A stretch of 64,000 bases of DNA from Nitrososphaeria archaeon (GCA_029775875.1 JARVKD010000002.1:3007-67006); one strand, 5' to 3'; shown: positions 8,452-18,215, counted from the stretch's first letter. Notes: generated from the sequence alone by a model not told the origin. Made by a program: numbers and translations.

Positions 8452-9210
8452 TTGAAGGCTGATAAGCTCTCCGACATAACAAATAGCCCCGCAAGGGTTA
8501 GAATCCTAGAAATAATAGGGGAGAAGGGGAGCGTAAGCTTCACAGAGATAAAACGTGAGACAGGATTAAGCACTGGCTCCATCTACTACCATCTCTACTA
8601 TTTGAAAGATTTCGTGGCCAGAGATGCTGATAGGAGATATACATTAACTGAGAAAGGTAAGCGTTTGCTAGAGAAACTAGGTATGAAGCCTTTGATAAAA
8701 GAGAAAACCAGTCTTGCCCTAAAATCTCTTTCTATCATCACTCTTGCACCAATCTTCAAGCGCGTAACTTACTCAAAGTGGGGCTGCATAATTGTAACTA
8801 TTTTAGCCTTGGCATTTGGTTCAATCGCAAACCTATATTCACGTTCAAATCAGTTTCTACTCTCAGTGCCAAGTAAAGGAATCATAAACCCAGTAATATC
8901 TACACTCGTTACAGGATGGCTATTGACTTTCATACTCGCTGAATTATTCTCATTAATTACCACAGAAACAAGGATCGGAGGCGAATTGGAGCTTTTTGCC
9001 ACTATAGCCTTAAGTTTCATTCCCTTACATATCTACTCATATCTTTCAGACCTTCAATTTTCAAATATCATCCTTATTCCCATGCAGATTTGGAGTGCTA
9101 TACTTCTTGCGGGAGGGCTGAATATATCTAAAGGAGTCAATTTGACTCATTCATTTATCTTCAGCCTTATAGTGCTTTACCTATCGATTTATATCTGGTT
9201 TACTATATAG
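8452..9210 (+). CDS. Membrane-anchored winged-helix (ArsR-like) protein
   Basis: 252 aa. N-terminal wHTH (PARVRILEIIGEKGSVSFTEIKRETGLSTGSIYYHLYYLKD) followed by about 5 predicted TM helices. Confidence 0.6.
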   Translation: MKADKLSDITNSPARVRILEIIGEKGSVSFTEIKRETGLSTGSIYYHLYYLKDFVARDADRRYTLTEKGKRLLEKLGMKPLIKEKTSLALKSLSIITLAPIFKRVTYSKWGCIIVTILALAFGSIANLYSRSNQFLLSVPSKGIINPVISTLVTGWLLTFILAELFSLITTETRIGGELELFATIALSFIPLHIYSYLSDLQFSNIILIPMQIWSAILLAGGLNISKGVNLTHSFIFSLIVLYLSIYIWFTI

Positions 9211-9281
9211 CATCAGAAAAAATTTTTATTGGAAATCATTCGTGAAGTGAATATTAAAATTCAATGAATATCTAATGATTC

Positions 9282-9557
9282 TCAATATAGCCTACGCTCA
9301 TCTCTAGCCCTTACTTTTACTAAACCATAATGAACAGCGCATGATACACAATAGTACTTAACAGTCTTTGGTGCAGCTATATACGTTCCAGCAGCCCTAA
9401 GCTCTTTTGCCAAAGATGGCTCTACTAGGCTAACTCTTGAAGTGAACTTTTTGGCTTTGTCTCTTGGTACCAATGTTCCACAGTTGCTACATTGAACATA
9501 ATCCGACCTTCCTTTACCGCCTTTTGCCCTTCCTCTGCTCTTTCTCTTCTTAGCCAA
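9282..9557 (-). CDS. rps26e: 30S ribosomal protein eS26
   Basis: 91 aa. KKRKSRGRAKGGKGRSDYVQCSNCGTLVPRDKA...YYCVSCAVH is the S26e zinc-ribbon pattern. TTG start. Confidence 0.85.
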   Translation of the reverse strand: MAKKRKSRGRAKGGKGRSDYVQCSNCGTLVPRDKAKKFTSRVSLVEPSLAKELRAAGTYIAAPKTVKYYCVSCAVHYGLVKVRARDERRLY

Positions 9558-10050
9558 CTTCCTTCAAGATTATTGATCCTATACTGCTTTAAAAGGTTGT
9601 GATTCTTAATAGAGAAGGAGAAACTCAAATAAACACACCTATCTTTTTATTGTTATGCTATTATACTATCTATGAAAACCGTGTTTTTTATCACTCTTTA
9701 ATCTTTTTTTCTTTTGCTTCTTAATTACCCTTTGTTGTTTTACTTTCAATTACACCCCCTTTACTGTTATGCCTCTTTATCCTAAACTCACCAGAACGTT
9801 AAAGCCTATATGCTCTCCACACCTCTATGTTTTCTTTTTATTTTTAAATCTATATATAAATTCACGCTCGACCTTCAACCCTGCTCTGCATCCCATAATT
9901 CCCAACCAAACTTCACGGTGTTCTTGCGAAATTCTTCAGGGCGCATTAACTTTAATTCAGCGGCTTTCAGCATATCAGCCATTATAAACTCAGGAGTTTT
10001 CGGTGCACCCCAATTCAGCCTAATACAGTCAAAGAATGAAAAATTTAATT

Positions 10051-10725
10051 CTATTTTATATTATCTAATTGCTTCTCAAACTCGTAAACAATTCTCGCTA
10101 TTACTACGTGGGCTTCAAGGGGCAACTCATGGCAAAAGTATAATTTATCGAAATTTGATGTTATGCTTTGAGAGAAATGACCTCTAGGGAAGCCTCCAAC
10201 AACAAACACGGGCTTATCATATTTTGACAATTCTTTTGCAACTCCTTCAAAATCATTCCTTTCTCCTAATCTTGATAGGCCTATAGTAATAGAAGGCTTT
10301 ATTTCAGATATAAGCTCTTTAAAGGATCGCTTTTTCATTTCGAGTAAGGTTTCATTATTTGATGATAGTATCTTTCTCTCCTTGAACAACTTTTCCATTA
10401 ACCCTTCGAACCTAAAGTAAGCCTTTGGCAATCTAACATATTTTCCTAGTTTAATTACTTCATCAGCAATAGTATGAACATAGATTTCCATTAAACCTCT
10501 CGTGTATAGGGGAGAAGAAGTTGCCTCAAGGAGGGAGAAATGAACTATGTCTGGCCTTCCTCTTTTGTCAGCATCCTTTAGCTTTAACATGGCTGAATGA
10601 TGATAACTTCTATCCAGCAATATTTCGCTAACTTTCTTTCCTTTTGATGATGCATGCTTAACAACTGATGGATGCTTCCAAACTTCATTAGGAATCAACT
10701 CTAAAGCAGATTCAGCAAGGATCAT
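10051..10725 (-). CDS. nep1: rRNA small-subunit pseudouridine methyltransferase Nep1/EMG1
   Basis: LAESALELIP...LLDRSYHHSAML...RGRPDIVHFSLLEATSSPL is the Nep1 signature. I chose the start at internal ATG 10725, because the longer track ORF overlaps the divergent rpp21 gene. Confidence 0.8.
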   Translation of the reverse strand: MILAESALELIPNEVWKHPSVVKHASSKGKKVSEILLDRSYHHSAMLKLKDADKRGRPDIVHFSLLEATSSPLYTRGLMEIYVHTIADEVIKLGKYVRLPKAYFRFEGLMEKLFKERKILSSNNETLLEMKKRSFKELISEIKPSITIGLSRLGERNDFEGVAKELSKYDKPVFVVGGFPRGHFSQSITSNFDKLYFCHELPLEAHVVIARIVYEFEKQLDNIK

Positions 10726-10818
10726 TACGAGTGATTTTTTAGATTGCAAAGTCAATCTTTTATCAAAGCCCTCCTTTATATTTTGAAGGATTTGCCCTCG
10801 CGTATAAAAGACCTTGCC

Positions 10819-11148
10819 ATGCAAAGAATAGACATATTGCTAGAAAACGCTCTGAAGAATGCTAGAGATAATATGAAATTAGCACAAAGGCAAGCATCTA
10901 TTGCAAGAAGAATATGCATGAAGTTCAACATAAGGCTACCCTACGAAAAAAGGCAACTCTTCTGCAAGGGATGTAAAAAGTTCATAGTCCCAGGTTTAAA
11001 CGCTCTTGTAAGGGTTGAGAGTAGGCCAAAAGCGATCAGAATAAAATGCCTAGAATGTGGTCATGTTTATAGAAAAATAATTGAACGAAAGATATCTGAT
11101 CAAAACCTAAATATATCTAATGATGAAGATAAATTACAAAAGGCTTAA
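10819..11148 (+). CDS. rnp4: RNase P protein component 4 (Rpp21/Rpr2)
   Basis: ARRICMKFNIRLPYEKRQLFCKGCKKFIVPG...IRIKCLECGHVYR is the Rpr2 zinc-ribbon pattern. Start taken at ATG 10819. Confidence 0.8.
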   Translation: MQRIDILLENALKNARDNMKLAQRQASIARRICMKFNIRLPYEKRQLFCKGCKKFIVPGLNALVRVESRPKAIRIKCLECGHVYRKIIERKISDQNLNISNDEDKLQKA

Positions 11149-11181
11149 AACCAATCAAAAATCTGTGGTGTTAAGATAAAA

Positions 11182-11640
11182 ATGGTAACTGTTCATGACG
11201 TTCCTCAGGATTTGCTGATAAAGAGGTTGGCTGAAGAGTTGAGGAAAAAGTATCCTCAAGTCTCAGTTCCAGCTTGGGCTATTTATGTGAAGACTGGCTC
11301 TCATGCAGAAAGAATCCCTCAAGATAGGGATTGGTGGTATACACGCTGCGCTTCATTACTGCGCAAGATCTATCTCCATGGTCCCATTGGAATTAGCGAT
11401 TTGAGGACAATGTATGGTGGGAGAAAGAGGGTTGGGTACTCCCTAACCCATCATAGAGATGCTGGAGGCGCAGCCGTAAGAAAGGCTATACAGCAATTAG
11501 AAGCATCAGGCTTAGTTACAAAGTTGAACAAAAGGGGCAGAATTCTGACAAGTCAGGGCAGAGCATTGTTAGATAGGCTCAGCACAGAAATATTCGAGGA
11601 GCTTGTCAAGACAAACCCTTCTTTGGCAAGGTATTCATAA
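11182..11640 (+). CDS. rps19e: 30S ribosomal protein eS19
   Basis: 152 aa. VPAWAIYVKTGSHAERIPQDRDWWYTRCASLLRKIYLHGPIG is typical of S19e. Confidence 0.9.
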   Translation: MVTVHDVPQDLLIKRLAEELRKKYPQVSVPAWAIYVKTGSHAERIPQDRDWWYTRCASLLRKIYLHGPIGISDLRTMYGGRKRVGYSLTHHRDAGGAAVRKAIQQLEASGLVTKLNKRGRILTSQGRALLDRLSTEIFEELVKTNPSLARYS

Positions 11641-11650
11641 GGTGGTAAAG

Positions 11651-11932
11651 ATGGCTGAAGGCGCTGAAAGCCAGGATGAAGCTCGCATTGAAGAAGCAAA
11701 GAAGCAAATTATAAAGGATAGGTTGTTAAAGGTCTTGCTTACATCAGAGGCTCGTCAGAGATTGAACAATATAAAGATAGTAAAGCCAGAATTGGCAAGC
11801 ATTGTAGAGGAGTATATTATTCAACTTGCTTCTTCTGGAAAGATTAGAAATCCCCTTAACGATGAAGAATTTAAGCAATTGTTACTAGCTATTCAGAAGC
11901 CTAAGAAAGAATTCAAGATAAGATGGGCGTAG
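11651..11932 (+). CDS. PDCD5/TFAR19-like DNA-binding protein
   Basis: [41 protein letters not shown] matches the archaeal PDCD5 homolog. ATG 11651 is preceded by GGTGGT. Confidence 0.75.
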   Translation: MAEGAESQDEARIEEAKKQIIKDRLLKVLLTSEARQRLNNIKIVKPELASIVEEYIIQLASSGKIRNPLNDEEFKQLLLAIQKPKKEFKIRWA

Positions 11933-12096
11933 TGATAGAATTGGGCTCTATAAAACCTTCTGGGCTAAAGAAAAGGTTGGTAAAGAAAACAAAGCAAAAT
12001 TCTCCTGTACCTGCTTGGGTGATTATAAGAACAAAGAGAAAGGTGAGAACGAATCCAAAAAGAAGGATGTGGAGAAGAAAGAAGCTCAAGGTGTGA
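11923..12096 (+). CDS. rpl39e: 50S ribosomal protein eL39
   Basis: 57-aa ORF absent from the track because it is under 60 aa: [57 protein letters not shown]. It matches L39e and sits in the conserved position upstream of eL31. Confidence 0.85.
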   Translation: MGVVIELGSIKPSGLKKRLVKKTKQNSPVPAWVIIRTKRKVRTNPKRRMWRRKKLKV

Positions 12097-12104
12097 TAAT
12101 GTAA

Positions 12105-12377
12105 TTGGCAGAGAAGGAAGTTACTCAAGAAAGGATTTACACCATTCCCCTAAAGAAAGCGATGATATCGCCTAGGCAGAGAAGGGCAAAAAGAACGATA
12201 AACATCATAAAAGAGTTTGCCATGAAGCATATGAGATCATCCGAAATAAAACTATCTTCAGAGTTGAACAAGAAGATATGGGAGAGGGGGATCAGAACTC
12301 CTCCGAGAAGGATAACAGTAAAGATGGTAAAGGATGAAGAAGGGATAGTTACGATCTCTCTCCCAAAAGAGGAATAA
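12105..12377 (+). CDS. rpl31e: 50S ribosomal protein eL31
   Basis: 90 aa. RIYTIPLKKA...NKKIWERGIRTPPRRITVKM is typical of L31e. TTG start. Confidence 0.9.
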   Translation: MAEKEVTQERIYTIPLKKAMISPRQRRAKRTINIIKEFAMKHMRSSEIKLSSELNKKIWERGIRTPPRRITVKMVKDEEGIVTISLPKEE

Positions 12378-12384
12378 TCCTATT

Positions 12385-12621
12385 TTACTTTTGAAGCTTT
12401 ACCATTGCTTTGTACTCATCTTGTGTGAGCACTTGGACAACATTTGTAGAATGAAAGACATAGACTGGTAAACCTGTTGCATCGAATTGTTCGGTTTTTA
12501 TGACCTTCGAGACTACGACTTTGACCCCTAGTATATTACCATCATCGAGAGAGTAATAGCTCCATTCTTCTATCAAGGGCTTGAACCCTATAGCTTTTCC
12601 TTTTGGAATAGCAGGTTGCAA
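12385..12621 (-). CDS. Hypothetical small protein
   Basis: 78-aa ORF with a TTG start preceded by GGTGAT. No motif recognised. Confidence 0.4.
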   Translation of the reverse strand: MQPAIPKGKAIGFKPLIEEWSYYSLDDGNILGVKVVVSKVIKTEQFDATGLPVYVFHSTNVVQVLTQDEYKAMVKLQK

Positions 12622-12736
12622 ATCATCACCTAAATTGTTAGATCAAGAGTAGTGTTTAAACTTTAGCAAATCCTAAAAGGCTATATAATGCTAACGAATT
12701 ATAGTCAGAAGAGCATAGTTTATATCAAAAAGATAG

Positions 12737-13096
12737 GTGTATCACTCATTGGCTATAATGGATGCTCAAGTCGAGGAAGAAATCAAGAACGATAAGCTTC
12801 TAGGCGAGAAGAAAGACTGTGAATACTATCCTTGCCATTTTGAAGGTCAAGATTGCACTTGGTGCTTTTGCCCCTTTTATCCTTGCCAAGATGGTAGAAC
12901 TGGAGGCGGTCTAACCATAGGAATGCTAAGTGGTAAGCTTGTGTGGGGCTGTGGAAGTTGTGTTTGGATACACAGACACGATGTCGCCTTGTTCATTTTG
13001 GAGGGCATACACAAGATCATGGAAAGAGAAAAATCCTTGACAAATAGTCATCTCCTTAAACTAAGGGAAGAGGCTTTGAAGGCTTTTCCTCCTTAG
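12737..13096 (+). CDS. Cysteine-rich small-domain protein (PF04071-like)
   Basis: CEYYPCHFEGQDCTWCFCPFYPCQDGRTGG...WGCGSCVWIH matches my recollection of the archaeal 'cysteine-rich small domain'. The start may be ATG 12758. Confidence 0.6.
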   Translation: MYHSLAIMDAQVEEEIKNDKLLGEKKDCEYYPCHFEGQDCTWCFCPFYPCQDGRTGGGLTIGMLSGKLVWGCGSCVWIHRHDVALFILEGIHKIMEREKSLTNSHLLKLREEALKAFPP

Positions 13097-13097
13097 A

Positions 13098-14882
13098 TCA
13101 TTTAGGCGAGATTTTGACAGGGTCTATAATTACATCGACTATAACAGGCTTTTTCGATGAAAAGGCTTTTTCTAAGGCAGAGTCTAATTCTTCAGGCTTC
13201 TCAACTCTGTAGCCATCGCCACCACAGGACTTGGCAAAGTCAGCGAAGTTAGGATTAGTTAGATTCGTGGCGAACTCAGGAAAACCATACATGCTCTGCT
13301 CCTTCCTTATGTTCTTCAGCTTATTATCATTGAAGATTATCACTTTTATTGGTAGATCGTTCTGGACTGCTGTTGTAAAATCACCCATGAGCATGGCAAA
13401 GCCTCCATCCCCTGTTACACATATGATCTGCCTATCTGGGAAGTCCAGTTGAGCTGCAAGGGAAGCAGGAAGAGCAAAAGCCATGCTCGCCATGTTCGAT
13501 GACATCAAGGTTTCTTCTCCTTCACAGACATACTTTTTGTAGAACCAATAAGTGTGGTCTCCAACATCGACACAGATCAAAGAATCTCTTTTTGCATGCC
13601 TTTTTATGGATTGCACCAAAAAGCCTGGGCTTATGGGTACACTCATATCCTTAGAATCCTCCTCTATCTCTTTGAAGTAATCCTTTCTCATCTCATTGAT
13701 CTTATCAAAAAACTCCTTATCAGGCTCCTTTTTCGATACTTTTTCTGTTAGCAACTTAGCCACGGATTTTGCATCGCCTACTATGCCAATGTCCACAGGG
13801 AAGTTCCTACCTATCCTTACGCTATTAATATCGACTTGAATTATTGGAACATCGGGAACTAGGTTTCTGTGCCTAAAGGCTGAGCCTAAGATGATCATCA
13901 AGTCAGCATTTTTTACAGCTTCCTTAGCATACTTTGTTCCTAACGAACCTAAAACTCCTAAGGATAGATCATGCCTTTCGTTTATCATTCCTTTTGCCCT
14001 TGATGTTGTGGCTATTGGTGCAGAAATCTTCTCAGCAAACTCTAACAACTCTTTACTTCCTCTTCTTATTCCCCATCCAGCAAGTATGACTGGCCTTCTG
14101 CTTTTGTCTATGAGTTCAGCAGCCTTTTTGATTTGCTCTTCATCTGGGATCAGGCTTTGTCTGAAGATGCGCTTTTCAGGGGGCCATGTCTCAATCGTCT
14201 CTGCTTGTTCAGCTAGAACATCTGTTGGAGTACTTAGATGGGCAACACCCATCTTCCAGTAAGCGTTCTTTATCGCTAGAGTTGTAAGCACTATCGCTTG
14301 GGGCGCTTTGGCTATAGTTTCGCTGAAGACAGTGAAAGGGCGGTAAAGCTCTATCTGATCTATCTCTTGAAAAGCTTCACTGCCAAGATAGGCTTGGGCT
14401 ATTTGTCCAGTTAGAGCTAAAACTGGTGCACCGTCTGTGGCTGCATCCATCAAGCCTGTGATCAAATTCGTTGTTCCTGGTCCTGCTATTGATAAACAAA
14501 CACCAAGTTCATCTGTAATTTTAGCATGGGCTGATGCCATGAATGCTGCCGTCTCTTCATGCCTTGTAAGGATGAATTTTATTGCATTATTCTTTCGAAT
14601 AGCTTCTATCAAAGGCAGATTAGAATCTCCAGGAATACCATAGATGTATTTTACACCAACTGCCACAAGTTGCTCAACTACTTTATCTGCAACAGTATAC
14701 CTAGAAGGAACTTTGCGTTCGATCTTGCCAATCAATTCAAAGGCAGATCTAGGGGCACCACAGACAGGGCATACCCAATCATCGGGCAAATCCTCGAATT
14801 TGACTCCTTCCTTTTCTTCATCATAGACATAACCACAGACTGTGCATCTCCATTGTGAATAAATAACCTGCATAAATTTCAT
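13098..14882 (-). CDS. Rubredoxin-fused thiamine-diphosphate enzyme (PoxB/acetolactate-synthase family)
   Basis: The N-terminus [13 protein letters not shown]...[16 protein letters not shown] is a rubredoxin. It is followed by GIPGDSNLP...[15 protein letters not shown]...[11 protein letters not shown] and the TPP motif [12 protein letters not shown]...IFNDN. Confidence 0.8.
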   Translation of the reverse strand: MKFMQVIYSQWRCTVCGYVYDEEKEGVKFEDLPDDWVCPVCGAPRSAFELIGKIERKVPSRYTVADKVVEQLVAVGVKYIYGIPGDSNLPLIEAIRKNNAIKFILTRHEETAAFMASAHAKITDELGVCLSIAGPGTTNLITGLMDAATDGAPVLALTGQIAQAYLGSEAFQEIDQIELYRPFTVFSETIAKAPQAIVLTTLAIKNAYWKMGVAHLSTPTDVLAEQAETIETWPPEKRIFRQSLIPDEEQIKKAAELIDKSRRPVILAGWGIRRGSKELLEFAEKISAPIATTSRAKGMINERHDLSLGVLGSLGTKYAKEAVKNADLMIILGSAFRHRNLVPDVPIIQVDINSVRIGRNFPVDIGIVGDAKSVAKLLTEKVSKKEPDKEFFDKINEMRKDYFKEIEEDSKDMSVPISPGFLVQSIKRHAKRDSLICVDVGDHTYWFYKKYVCEGEETLMSSNMASMAFALPASLAAQLDFPDRQIICVTGDGGFAMLMGDFTTAVQNDLPIKVIIFNDNKLKNIRKEQSMYGFPEFATNLTNPNFADFAKSCGGDGYRVEKPEELDSALEKAFSSKKPVIVDVIIDPVKISPK

Positions 14883-14937
14883 AACTTCATCAAATAAAGT
14901 AGGTCTTTTAAGTTTTGCCGGCGGTGAAATTGATCCT

Positions 14938-16380
14938 TTATCTCATGAATAAGGACCAAAGCGTTATTATAGAGAAGGCGAACAAGTTAAGCCCTAAAAA
15001 GTAGGACGAATCCAGAAAGGCCAATACGCTCAATGCTCCTAATACTAAAGCGACCAAAAGTTCTACATATGAAAGTTTACTCATGCCAATCCTATATCTT
15101 CCCTTCCATTTTCCTTCGTTACCTTTAAGACCGTACTTCGGCGTTCTGAAGAACTCAAACTTGAGCCCAAATATGCCCTTGATACAGCTTATCGAGTTCG
15201 CGATAGCCATGCTCAGTTGATAGTAATACATTAGGATAACTGTTAGAAGATTCTTTCTAATACCTTGACCATATAATCTTAGCACATACAATGGAGTCAA
15301 AGATACTATGATGAGCGGGGTCATCACTACAATGACATATACAGGACTTTGGAATAGACTGGGTGCAACTTCGAATTTGAACAATAAACCTAACGCAGCA
15401 ACGAATGTAGTCGTAAGCCATCCTATGCTGGCAAATGGCCAGATCAAAAGAAGGATAAACTCTATCTTTGAGATGATGCCAATTTTGCTACGCCAAATTT
15501 TTGAGAAATATTTTCTTAGACATTGACTTACACCTTCAGCGTTACGGGCAGTCTGTCTCTTCCATGATTCAAGAAGAGGAGGGTCTTCTCCTGGGACGAT
15601 TATATCTTTAATAAAAAGACCATTTTTGCCATTCAAAAAGAATTTACACGATATATCCATATCATCGACCAAAACATCTGGAGACCATCCTCCAACTTGC
15701 TCCAAGTAATCTTTACGAATCAAGGAGCATGCACCACTAAGGCTAAAAGGTATTTTCAAAATGGTCCTTGCAGCCCTTTCTAGAGTCTCATACATATCTA
15801 CTAATAATGCGCAAGCCTTGGATACCCAACTGTAATCTCTGTTAACATGGCCTATCTTAAAGGATACAAATGCAAGTCCTTCCTTCATAAGGGGAAGAGA
15901 TTTTAACAATATATCTTTTGGAGGGATAGAATCAGCATCCATTATGAGGATATAATCGCCTTTTGCAAACTTTCGAGCGTTGTTTAAAGCACCTGCCTTG
16001 AATCCATTTCTTTTTTCCCTATGAACGATCTGAATGTCGTATCCTTTGCTCAAGAATTCACTTACTTTTTTCTTAGCAATTTCATACGTCTCGTCCGTCG
16101 AATCATCTGCCACTATTATCTGCAATTTATCCTTTGGGTAATCTATCGATGTGGCAGCGTTTAAGCCGTTCTCGATTACATACCGTTCATTGAAAGAAGA
16201 GACGATTACTGTAACTTTTGGGGGGTTAATTGGTCCTCTCGAACTTTCTATTATTTTCTTTATCTTTGAGTTGTACTTGAATGATGCCATTATCAGTATG
16301 AGGTAATTATAAGAAATAGCTAAGACAGGTAAGCTTGTAAAGACAAGAAGAAATAGCAACAACGTATCGGCGTTTATCAT
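14938..16380 (-). CDS. Family 2 glycosyltransferase, polytopic membrane (processive-type)
   Basis: 480 aa. [15 protein letters not shown] and an ESWKRQTAR region (QxxRW-like), with TM helices at both ends. Confidence 0.75.
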   Translation of the reverse strand: MINADTLLLFLLVFTSLPVLAISYNYLILIMASFKYNSKIKKIIESSRGPINPPKVTVIVSSFNERYVIENGLNAATSIDYPKDKLQIIVADDSTDETYEIAKKKVSEFLSKGYDIQIVHREKRNGFKAGALNNARKFAKGDYILIMDADSIPPKDILLKSLPLMKEGLAFVSFKIGHVNRDYSWVSKACALLVDMYETLERAARTILKIPFSLSGACSLIRKDYLEQVGGWSPDVLVDDMDISCKFFLNGKNGLFIKDIIVPGEDPPLLESWKRQTARNAEGVSQCLRKYFSKIWRSKIGIISKIEFILLLIWPFASIGWLTTTFVAALGLLFKFEVAPSLFQSPVYVIVVMTPLIIVSLTPLYVLRLYGQGIRKNLLTVILMYYYQLSMAIANSISCIKGIFGLKFEFFRTPKYGLKGNEGKWKGRYRIGMSKLSYVELLVALVLGALSVLAFLDSSYFLGLNLFAFSIITLWSLFMR

Positions 16381-16423
16381 TAATCTCCACTATACGGACA
16401 TCGAAGATTCCTATAAATATTAA

Positions 16424-17968
16424 TTATTGGTCAATAACTTTGTGGAGTTCTCTACAACGCTTTTCTACAAGATCATGAATCTCTTTCCTAAGAGCTTCGC
16501 CTCTAAGATTCTTTTCTTCAGATTTTTTGATACAGTTCGCAAGCTCTAAGTCTCCTATAAATTTGATCCAATTCTCAAAGTCGTTCCTTTTCACATGAAA
16601 CTCTATGGAATCAATGGTTACTACATTGAGCAAATTGCAGAATTCATCAAGAGAATTAGCCACTTGACCTATATAATCGCCTATCCCTTTGAAGAAGTAG
16701 AAGGCTTTCTCTGGCGGTAGTTTCTCAAGAATTCTTCTAGCGTTTTCCTTATCTATAATCTTAGTTTCGCTGATAATCTTTTCAAGACTAATCTCAGGCT
16801 GATGAATTTGTTCAAGATGCCTTACGAATCCTTCCACAACAGATTTAGGCCTGACTTTAATGCTGGGCCAGATTTTTGATCCATTTTGAATATTGGTTAA
16901 ATGACCAATCTCACATCCTGCACCTACTATAGATTTATCACCAATTTTTACACCAAGACCTATATTACAACCTTCAGCTATTATACAGCCATCGAGTAAA
17001 GAGTAGGGGCCTACGAAAGTATCCTTATAAATTATAGACTTTCTAACGCTCGTATTAGTTGATACCTCAACATCTGATTCAATCATAGTGTAAGAATCAA
17101 TTATGGCACCACTTTTGATATGGCATCTATCTCCAATTATTGTTGGGCCATAAATCATCGCATTATCATCGACTTTTGAATCCTTACCAATCACCAAAGG
17201 ACCTTTGATAATAGCATCTTTAACTTCTGCATCTGAGATACTTCTTCCCTCCAATTTGCTCAAAAGCCAGTTTGAAGCCTCTAAATATCCCTCAGGAGTG
17301 CCTATGTCGACCCAAAAGCCTTCAGCTTTGAATCCGTATATCTTTTTGTTACTGCTCAAGAGTTGGGGAAATAGATCCTTTGCGAAATCAAACTCTTTGT
17401 CACTCGGTACATAGTCTAGGATTTTAGGCTCAAGCATATAGATGCCTGTATTGATTATATTGCTGAAGCACTCGCTAGCCTTTGGCTTTTCTTTAAAAAG
17501 TAGAATCTGTTCTTCAGAATTCATCTTAACTATACCGAAGAGATAAGGTTTTTCAACTTCTTTCAACGCTATCGTAGCATCTCCTCCTTTCTTTTTGTGA
17601 AATTCTAACATTTTCGTTAAATCTATATCTGTTATATTATCGCCCTGAATTACAGCAAAAGTGTCATCCAGATAGTTTGCCACATTCTTTACTGAGCCAG
17701 CAGTCCCTAAAGGTGAATATTCATCAGAATAGATCAATTTTACATCAAGATCTGAGCATCTCTCAAAATAATCCATTATAGAACTGCGCAAATAATTTGC
17801 AGTAATGATTATCTCATCGAAGCCATGATTTGATAAATATTCTATTATGTGATGAAGGGCGGGTTTATCTCCTAACAATAGCATAGGTTTTGGTCTGGTT
17901 AAAGTAAGGGGCCAAAGTCTTGTCCCATAACCTCCAGCCAACACTACTGCTCTCATATGATCACCCAA
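16424..17968 (-). CDS. Sugar-phosphate nucleotidyltransferase with left-handed beta-helix and an extra C-terminal domain
   Basis: VVLAGGYGTRLWPLTLTRPKPML is the NTP-transferase motif. Hexapeptide-like repeats lie mid-protein, followed by an uncharacterised tail of about 125 aa. Confidence 0.8.
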   Translation of the reverse strand: MGDHMRAVVLAGGYGTRLWPLTLTRPKPMLLLGDKPALHHIIEYLSNHGFDEIIITANYLRSSIMDYFERCSDLDVKLIYSDEYSPLGTAGSVKNVANYLDDTFAVIQGDNITDIDLTKMLEFHKKKGGDATIALKEVEKPYLFGIVKMNSEEQILLFKEKPKASECFSNIINTGIYMLEPKILDYVPSDKEFDFAKDLFPQLLSSNKKIYGFKAEGFWVDIGTPEGYLEASNWLLSKLEGRSISDAEVKDAIIKGPLVIGKDSKVDDNAMIYGPTIIGDRCHIKSGAIIDSYTMIESDVEVSTNTSVRKSIIYKDTFVGPYSLLDGCIIAEGCNIGLGVKIGDKSIVGAGCEIGHLTNIQNGSKIWPSIKVRPKSVVEGFVRHLEQIHQPEISLEKIISETKIIDKENARRILEKLPPEKAFYFFKGIGDYIGQVANSLDEFCNLLNVVTIDSIEFHVKRNDFENWIKFIGDLELANCIKKSEEKNLRGEALRKEIHDLVEKRCRELHKVIDQ

Positions 17969-18215
17969 ATTAAAGAAGAAATCAAGATAAATGTGGGTTG
18001 CCAGATTATAAATGTTATGGCAAATGGTTCTATTTCTATTAATTTTATAGACTATGGATCTATGTTTTAAATGATTTTGATGATTCTTATTATTATAATA
18101 GTTTTATAATAAAAGTCTTGCCTGTTTCTGTTAAACAAAAATGAAAAAGGATAAATGCTGATCTATACACGGGTAAAAATTGAGTGGGGGCTGTTAACGA
18201 CTGGGGATCTATCTC

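Noticed and set aside
9769-10187. Two overlapping plus-strand ORFs (72 and 125 aa) in the eS26-nep1 gap
   Set aside because: They are low-complexity, lack an SD, and the longer one runs into the nep1 coding region on the opposite strand. The region is discussed as non-coding in the findings.
10726-10824. Long N-terminal extensions of nep1 (to 10824) and rpp21 (from 10744) that overlap each other
   Set aside because: The internal ATGs (10725 and 10819) give proteins starting at conserved family N-termini and leave a normal divergent promoter spacer.
13231-14858. Series of plus-strand ORFs (13231, 13554, 13891, 14437, 14559, 14644)
   Set aside because: All lie antisense to the well-supported 594-aa rubredoxin-ThDP enzyme. 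They are typical shadow ORFs with no motifs.
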